Assembly: GCA_001949185.1 (NCBI GenBank)
Contig: BDGG01000002.1
Coordinates: 4,454,448 to 4,518,447 of the forward strand
Origin: Ramazzottius varieornatus
Taxonomy: Eukaryota > Animalia > Tardigrada
Direction of reading: 5' to 3'
DNA: 64,000 nucleotides
The notes below the pieces were generated by a model, which did no database searches, was not told where the DNA came from, and worked only from the letters and a program-made list of their open reading frames with translations. Shown in pieces: positions 52,279-64,000 of the stretch; positions within the stretch are counted from its first letter, which is position 1, and every line of letters begins with the position of its first letter. Made by a program: the position numbers and the translations under genes.

Positions 52279-53836
52279 TCAGTAACCAAAGTCTCCCGTA
52301 GCTTGTGTGTCGGCGTCTCGGGTTTCCGGTGCATCCAGAATTTCCCGCTTCTGGTACTGCTCGTTGTGCTTGACTTTGTAGTAAATCTTAAAGATACCTT
52401 TCACTACAACGTAAAAGATACCTCCAAAGACTGTTCGCCTGAAGTGGGGCCGAGTGGTGTTGAAGAAGACTCGACCCACGAAGACGGCAATGGTTGGGAA
52501 CAACAGAGCTCCACACAGGATGCGCGAGGGTGACGTCTGGTGCTCTGCGGAAACGACCTCTCCTTGTGGCCGGGGGAAGAGGTGCGGACATATTGTGTGA
52601 GCGAAGGACGGCCACCATCGGGCAAAGTAGTCTTCCCATCGCAACATCTTGCCCCATACAAGGAACGCAGGAACGCTCGGGAGAGCTATCAGTAGGCTCA
52701 GAGGATCGGCTCGTTCCATCATCTGCAGTCCCTCTTTATGTCCCAAAAGCTGTAATGGAACAGCATATCAAGGACCGTTTTAACATACCACTGCACTTAC
52801 TGCATTCATACAGAAAACTGACGTACGGATCGTACAAACCTGCAAAACTGTTAGCGCTCCGTAGGAAACTGCTGCCCAGTATGTAGCCCCAACTAAACAT
52901 ATACCGGCCATGTATGGAGAACTTTTGTTGATCGTCCTTTCAATGCCATCCAGAATTTTATGGAGAACACCTGAAGCACAACATATTCCTATGTCACTCG
53001 GTACAGCAACCATATCAAAAGAATGGTAAGCCTAGCCCCTGATGCAAGAATCTGACAATTTTCTCAGACATGTACAAGCCAACAGGGCGATAACCAAAGA
53101 GAAGATTGCCTTCGTTATCCACCTACCTACAGATCCGAACTTCAGAAGGTAGAAAGCCCCACATTGAGGACATGCAACTGGTAATGTGACGGAGCCTTTC
53201 TGCTGCGAGTCGACCCACCGCTGTAGGCAGGAGTAATGTACCTGGACCACAACGCGTCTTAGATCCAATTAGATATATTAATACTACACAGTAGACTGTC
53301 GATCACTACGTGTACTAAGTCAGTGTACTGCGCACCCATTTCGTTGATCCTCGACATCGACATGGCCGTAGCCATTTCAAGTCAGGCTCTTCGTCGTCTC
53401 CGGCAAAACATACCCAGCATGTTCTGCAACGAAACATCCATAAGAAGCTATATTATTGCCATAAGAACTCTGCGTTACACTAGTCATTTCAGTACTCAGT
53501 AGTTTCACATTAGGTGTGACGAGCTCACCGTTCAAGCACGGACGTATCAATCAGGGGGTGAGACAGAACTGTTGGCAGACTCGGAGGAGTAGCAGAACGT
53601 GAGCTTTGTACCTGTGGATCGATTCCCGAAGGAGACGGCAAATTTTCTAGAACGGGTGAAGTGGGGGTATTTCGGTGATTCATTGAGGCGAGCGTTTCTG
53701 CGGTGATCAGGCGAGTAATAGTACCATTAACCCGTAGCCCAGATTCCGTATCGAATGTGTCAGAATTACCCTCACGACGAAGATCCATTCCAGAGAAATA
53801 GTGCAGCGACAAATTTTGTCCTGATCCAGAAAACAT
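52279..53836 (-). CDS. MARCH5: Mitochondrial RING-CH E3 ubiquitin ligase MARCH5/MITOL
   Basis: CWVCFAGDDEE...WLRPCRCRGSTKW|VHYSCLQRWVDSQQKG...CPQC, YWAAVSYGALTVLQ, GHKEGLQMMERADPL, GKMLRWED, SRILCGALLFPTIA. Start is ATG 53836 or 53788. Confidence 0.93.
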
Positions 53837-54131
53837 ATTCCCGATTCTGAATGTGTTAGAATGTGAAGACACGTGTATGTGATGTAAGACCTATGTATGT
53901 CATTCATGTTACGTCGTATTCCCGAAACGTATGGCAATCACATGACATAACATGACACACCAGGCACTTTTTGCTAGGTTTGGTTCCCCGCTTGTCGGGG
54001 ACCAGAATCCAGATGGATGCGCATTTTGCCGATCAATTCCTACAAAGTCCGGCTGTGCTCACGTGCTATGGAACGATTTCCAAACACACTAGAAAATGCG
54101 TTTACGTGCATCGAAAAATTCACAATTTTAA

Positions 54132-58052
<3,921 letters not shown>

Positions 58053-60164
58053 ATGTCGTTTCTTGTCTTATCCAGGCTACGTCAAATCAGCCTGATATCG
58101 CATCTTTCTTTGCCGTCTAGGATACCTGGGACCTTTCGATCTGGCCGTAAGCCGTTCTCAATGTTTACTGTGGTGAAAGACCTCAACTCTCATCACATTC
58201 GATATGGCTACGGCGACCCGCCAGCGTTCAGCCAGATGGAGGCCAGACTGTTTTCTTCCAAGTCGGAAGCAGCTGACATCATGACTGCACTGGAACTCGG
58301 CTACAAAGATCAGACGAAGAACTCGGCGTCGTTTGGGAAGAATCTTACTCGATACGTACGCTAACAGATTGACGATTGATACATGTTGTCTTAGTGGATA
58401 TAGTTATCGTCTAATTAACGTATGTATGCAGTGAACGGGTATGTTCCATGCTGTGTTTCCTCTGTTGCAGGAGCTCGCGAGTCGAATCTGCGAGGAATTT
58501 CCCCACTATTCCGCGAAAGATCAGAAATTCTTCGTCCTTAATCTGGCCAAGCGGTTCGGGGTTGATAATAACAACGTTCGTCTGGCTGCGAAGAGCCTGA
58601 CGCAGCACGTGAGTGAGCTAAATTTATTATGTCATGTGACGACTCGATCCGTATATGCTAGACTTTCATCGCCTAGTCATTACTCCACAGATGGATGGTG
58701 AAACGTTCCTGAAGATGGTCGAAAAGTTCAAGGAGGCCGCCGTACCGGTCTCGCAGGAGATATTCAAGGACATCGGCAAAAGGCCCGGAGGGGTGAAATT
58801 CCTTGTAGACCTACGCGGGTTTGTGTTGGTAAGAGTATTTCTCGCTTGGACGAGTGAGCCGCTCGTAGCTCGCGTGACGTCCACCTTGAATAGCTAACAA
58901 CCAGCATGCGTAGGACTTGATCGATACAGAGAAAGACACCGAGAACCTAACGGCACTACGGTTCCTGTCGAACTCCCTGCGGGACTTGTTGGGCTTGTGG
59001 TTCTCCGGAGGAATGATGAACTTGGAAAGGGTAACATGGAACTCATCTTGCGAGATCTTGGAGAAAGTATCTCAGTACGAAGCTGTTCATCCGGTCAGGC
59101 ATTGGACTGATATAAAGCATCGCGTTGGTATGTTTTTGGCTAGTCTTAAACCGCACCGTACGGAAAATTATTGTTGTTGTTCATATTACAGGTCCGTACA
59201 GAAGGTGCTTCATCTTCATGCACAGCTGCATGCCTTTGGAACCAGTAGTCGTTCTGCATTCGGCCCTGATGGAACAGATTGGTAGCAACGTGCAGCAGAT
59301 TCTCCGGCAGAATTACACGGGCGAAATCGAAGACCCTGACAAGATTCGAGCAGCTGTGTTCTACTCGGTTTCATCGACGCAAAAAGGTTTGTAACCTTTG
59401 TATTCTTCATCACACGTCAGCTCAAGTTTTGTTCCGTTTAGGTCTTCGTGGAATAGATTTGGGCATGTATCTGATCAGGAGAGCGGTATCCGAGCTTCGG
59501 CACGAATATCCAGACATTGTCGAATTCTCCACACTATCACCCATCCCAACTTTCGCAGCCTGGTTGCTCACCAAAATGAGGACTGTAAACTCTAATACCC
59601 CGGTACCAGGTGAGTCTGTGAAGTCCCATTTCTCATTGTCAAAAATTCATCCTTGGCATCCCTGTTACCTTAGGTTTGATGACAAAAGAAGAGTGGGAAT
59701 CCCTCAGCAGCGTCGCCGCTGGGCAGGACTACATGGAGTTCTTAAAGACCACGCTGACTTCCAACTGGTACGAAGATGAAGTTCTTCGGAGCGCTTTACG
59801 GCCTTTCCTGGAGCGAATGTGCCTGACGTACCTCACACAGGAGAAACGACGAGGCTTTGCCTTTGACAGCGTCGGTAGGTTAATTGTTTCTATACAGGCG
59901 TTAGTTTCGAAACTTAAATAGAGCGGTTTCGCTTTCGCAGCCAACTTCCATCTGGGTAACGGCGCCGAAATATGGAGACTGAACTGGCTAGCTGACACTT
60001 CCGGCAAAGGTCTTTCGCAGTCCTTTGGCATGATGGTCAACTTCCGGTATCCTGCCGACGAAGAACTGATAGAGAACAGCAACAACTACATCTTCAACAA
60101 GCACATCAAAGTCTCTCCTGGAATTCAGGAAAGACTCGACCAGTACAACCTGTCGCCACTCTGA
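58053..60164 (+). CDS. MLYCD: Malonyl-CoA decarboxylase; multi-exon
   Basis: Presequence [98 protein letters not shown]...GMMVNFRY; ends NLSPL*. Confidence 0.95.
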
Positions 60165-60404
60165 TCGCACACAGCAGGTATCGCACTTCCGGCTGCTTTG
60201 CGAAGCACCGTTGATGCTCAAGAACGAGGTAAACCGGTGGGTAAAAGTTTTTCGCTATTTGAGTTTTATCTTTCTGATCAGTCAAACAGTTGCTGTATAT
60301 TGCCTTTCGTCAAAAGTATCTTGCATGCGAACTCGTGTAAATTTTGCCCAAATGTTTTTAACAAGAAAAGCGTTCACACCAGAAATCAACGTGGACTAAA
60401 TTGG

Positions 60405-61713
60405 CTACTTTTTATAGTTCGCATAAGTTCCGTAGCCATAGCTTGGGTAATTTGGCTGTGGCGGTGACACCTGGATTTGGTACTGCATGGGCGGACTGAG
60501 TGGTTGGTAGTGTTGAGGCTGCTGCGGCTGATAGTAACTGGGAGGGCTTTCTTGGTAGTCGGGCTGCTGCGGTGGTTGGTACGGCGGAGGTTGGTACTGT
60601 TGAGGTGGTTTCTGGTATCCGTACGGTCCGCCCTTATTCTCATACGGTTCTTGTTTAGGTCTATAGTTATCCATCTGGTACGTGGTCTGTTGCTGATCAT
60701 AAGGGATGGTCTGGGAGTATCCTTCCGGCTTGGACTTTGGCTCGTAGTTTGGAGGATAAGCCGGCGGTGGAGGAGGTGGAGGTGGCTCGTACTCGCGATA
60801 AGCCGGCTTGTAAGCCACTTCATATGTGGGCTGCTTGCTGTACTGGGGCTCTTCGTAGACAGGTTGAGCGGGTTTGTAGTGGACTTCGTATGATGGCTGT
60901 TTGTAGACTGGTGGCGGAGGCTTATACTCTGTCTCGTAGGCCGGCTTCCGGTATTCCATCTCGTACATGGGCTTATACACGGGCATCTCGTATGAAGGTT
61001 GCCTGTATGGACGTCCGGAGGAATAGCCAGGTCGAACCTCATACATAGTCTTTCCTTCCGGCGTGTAGTACGGCTTCATGTAGGATACACGTTGCTCGTA
61101 CTTTGGAGAAGGAGCTGCGTATCCGTATGAGTATACAGGCCGTTCTTCGTAGCCTGTAGGGTATTCTGGCGCCGGCATGTCTTCGTTACTGGGCGCGTAG
61201 CTGGGACTTGGACTTGGATAGTACTCGGGTTCGTGCTTGGGAATGTAGACTTTGATTTCGTAGCTGATCTTGCTGGGGCTTGCTTCGTATCGCTTGGTGT
61301 TGGAGTCGTAGATTTTACCATAGGGAGACGACGCTAGCTGCCTGTCGGGTTCCAGGAAGTGGTAGCGCTTTCCGGTGTTCTTTTTTCGTTTTTGGTATGA
61401 TGGGTCGAAATGTGCAGTGCCGTAAAGTCTGAGGTCGGCGGTCTTTGGATCTGGAATAAAAGACTGAGGGATTTAGAACAGTGTTCATTAATCAAGCTTT
61501 AATTGAGCGGCAATAAGCAAGCGTACTTGAAGACAGGACGCAAAATAACACTGCGGATTTGCCTGATTTACCATAAGCAGCGGCTTGAGGGGCAGGCTGT
61601 ATCCGGAGGCTCGGTGCTTGCAACACGGATACCGCGTTGGCTTTGGGAAGTTTTTGAGCTTGAACATACAGAATACAGATGAGGAAGAGCAGGAACGTCA
61701 GGTGCGCTGACAT
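60405..61713 (-). CDS. Secreted Pro/Tyr/Gln/Lys-rich extensin-like structural protein, 2 exons (61713-61572, 61450-60405)
   Basis: Signal peptide MSAHLTFLLFLICILYVQA. A phase-1 intron joins in frame into the long ORF with recurring YKP/YE.P/QP.Y motifs and a poly-Pro run. Confidence 0.8.
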
Positions 61714-62871
61714 GTAGAGCTACGGTAAAAAATAATGCTGTCACAATCTGCGCCACACACACATAGAAAAACGGCAAAACAAGGTAAGTCATACAACAAC
61801 AATCTTTATCAGCCTGGAACCAGAGACAGCGAATCAGACTGACAATACGAACCGCACCGTTTGCTCTACAGTAAGTTAGCTCAGTTCTCAAACTTTTTCG
61901 GGATTTCTCCAGGAGGGAGTTGACGTTGTTCATGCCGGCTCGTCAGTCATCGAACAGTAGATGGCTCTTACCGTCGTAGAGTACTGCCACATCCTCAAGA
62001 TCGATTTCGAATACGCTTCGGTTTGGAGGGCTTTGATCAAAATGAGCATTGGAACACAGAATGAGGAGAACTACATGTCCAGGAGGACGTTACAATTTTA
62101 GATCCGGAGGTGAGGGGACGATTTTCATTTCTCGGTTCACGATCAGAAATTCCGCGGTCTTCGAGCAGTTGTCGGTAGCGCTGTCGTCATGGACAAGCTT
62201 GTTAAGTACGGCGAAACGCACGCGCGGTTTTTGGACAAAACTAGGTATCTCGAAATAAATGGATCTTTATAAAGCATAGAAATACTGAAGTGTGAATACC
62301 ATGTTGCCGGTACTCTGCTGAATCACAGCTTTAATTAAATTTCTGATAAAGTTCCTGGTTGCCGATTATCGGGGGTTCGGTACGAGTGCCTCGTCTGACC
62401 AGACCGAAACGTGTTTGACTTCCGGCTGAAGATCGTTGCCAGTGACAGTGGCGACCGTCTTAGACGGACAGTTGAGCCATGACGGGTCTTCAGTCAGGTC
62501 TCAAACAACTAATCATGGTCATTCGGATTAACAGCAGTCGTAATTGTGTTGGTCCGGTACGCAGTTACGCCGTACACCAGACTCGATCTTCGAAATTTGA
62601 ACTTAGCTTGCCATCGAAGAAATCAGTCCGAAACGCTACAGTTGCTGACATTTGATAGAAATCCGAATTCTGAACTGTTGACTGTTGTTGTGTCATCCTG
62701 CGTCTTTATAATCAGCCATCAGGTCTGACGTTCAGTAAAAGCCGAGTGACTGGCACCTGTTTCGAAGCCGCGCTTCGGTCAATTAAGATCATTAATTACT
62801 GGTTACAACTCACAAAAACTTCGGAATTAGAAATATCGACAGCAAAAGTATAAAAAAGAGGGGGAAACCAG

Positions 62872-64000
62872 TTATAGCGTGCTGGTTTGGAGATCCGTCA
62901 AAAGTATACCCTGCTCAGCCAACCAGTCCCTAAGATTTCGAAGACTTTCTGAGTCCATATTTGCATCGTTGAGCTGGTTCAAAAGCTGGATGGAACTTGC
63001 CAAGGAAGCAAGACTGACACGGCTGGACGTCAAAGTAATATTATCCGGTGTAGCGGCCACGCCCAAACTCGAGGCAGACTCTATCCGATTCAGCGTACCC
63101 GCGTTGGAGATATTATCCGGTATTTGTCTGGAACTGCTCAGACTGTGCTTTGAGGGACTAGTGACCGAGTCTATTTGGGAAGCCACCGATTTGGCATCCG
63201 AGCTATGCCAATTGCTGTTCGACATGGTAGACGGACTAAGTAGCTCTTCCTCTATCTCGTTGCACATCATCAACAACGAGCGCCGGCGTCGTCTCAAGGT
63301 CGGTGTGGGAATGATTTGATCCACTAGCGCTTGTAGTAATTCGTTTCCAGTTTGACACCCGGCATCCAAGCGTGAAACGTGTGATGGATTCTCTGTGGTG
63401 TCGTCCCGACCGAAAGCTGTGCTGGTTTCTTCCATGACATCGGACATTCTGGTTACTCGACGACTGGGTGCCGTGAGCTTGAGATTGCTGTACACTTGCC
63501 GGTGGTTCTCCACATGGTTCTCTTGAGAGAAAGACGCGGACGGACTGTCGAAACTGAGCGAGTTCCGTACTGAGGCTTCCGACAGGCGTTTTGGTCGACG
63601 AATGCTGAAGCGCTGTAACAGTGTTTCAGTACGAGTCAGCGAAGCCGACCGTTCGGTAGGAATCCGTTGACGCCGAAACAACGCATGCGGCCTACGATAT
63701 AGGAGTTTGAGGTATTACTGTGTAAGCAGGTGGGACGTCGGCAAATGACTTAAACATGATCGTTTCCCCCAAGTGGCGCACGCATTTAGCCAATGACATC
63801 GAAAGCGTGCGCCGCCTGAAATAACCCATCTGCAGTCCATTTGCTGACGGCCCAAGTAGGGCCACGAGGGTGGTAGGCCATACTACGTGAGCTCATCGTA
63901 CGAACCTCTCGGCGCTGTTACTATCCAAGGATTTATTGTTCACATTATTGGACCCAATGTGGCACCTGACTTGGTTCGTGGTTGTAAAGGCACTCCGATT
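62872..64000 (-). CDS. C-terminal tail of a group I-like metabotropic glutamate receptor (exons 64000-63906 and 63691-62872)
   Basis: The edge exon reads NRSAFTTTNQVRCHIG, resembling the mGluR1/5 post-TM7 motif RSAFTTS..VRMHVG. A phase-2 intron (63692-63905) joins in frame. The protein ends QTSTL*, like the mGluR1a PDZ ligand SSTL. TM domains lie outside the window. Confidence 0.7.
63729..63856. repeat. ~130 bp palindromic dispersed repeat, copy 9 (mGluR intron)
   Basis: tgggacgtcggcaaatgac...cccaagtggcgcacg...cgtgcgccgcctg...catttgctgacggcccaag. Confidence 0.85.

Noticed and set aside
60165-60467. ~100 open codons in frame after the MLYCD stop (possible read-through)
   Set aside because: The stop context TGA-TCG is not the known TGA-CTAG read-through motif, the extension has no PTS1 or recognisable features, and it overlaps the opposite-strand gene.
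60386-61048. Long overlapping alternative-frame and antisense ORFs over the Pro/Tyr-rich gene (also 57169-57810, 31993-32616 and 62879-63319)
   Set aside because: Shadow ORFs expected from the biased codon composition of the real genes.

Overview
Eukaryotic (animal) genomic DNA: gene-dense, with many 50-100 nt GT-AG introns. The compactness and gene content suggest a small-genome ecdysozoan such as a tardigrade (inference only). Gene order: neuralized (-, runs off left edge); frameshifted intronless DxD glycosyltransferase pseudogene (-); frazzled/DCC/UNC-40 netrin receptor (+); allatostatin-C/somatostatin-type GPCR (+); Msx homeobox (-) in a gene-poor region; CPEB2-4/orb2 with large introns (-); MARCH5 (-); mitochondrial IleRS (-) head-to-head with malonyl-CoA decarboxylase (+); a secreted Pro/Tyr-rich protein (-); and the C-terminal tail of a group I-like metabotropic glutamate receptor (-, runs off right edge). 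The non-coding DNA carries several non-autonomous inverted-repeat elements. These include a ~130 bp palindromic family with at least 9 copies, a ~900 bp element nested in reverse inside a relative, two tandem hairpin MITEs, and a TIR element bracketed by a 25 bp direct repeat. The most interesting signals are the Msx-CPEB-MARCH5 adjacency, which matches vertebrate paralogous neighbourhoods, and the palindromic repeat family. No rRNA, tRNA or CRISPR features were seen. Exon boundaries were read by eye.
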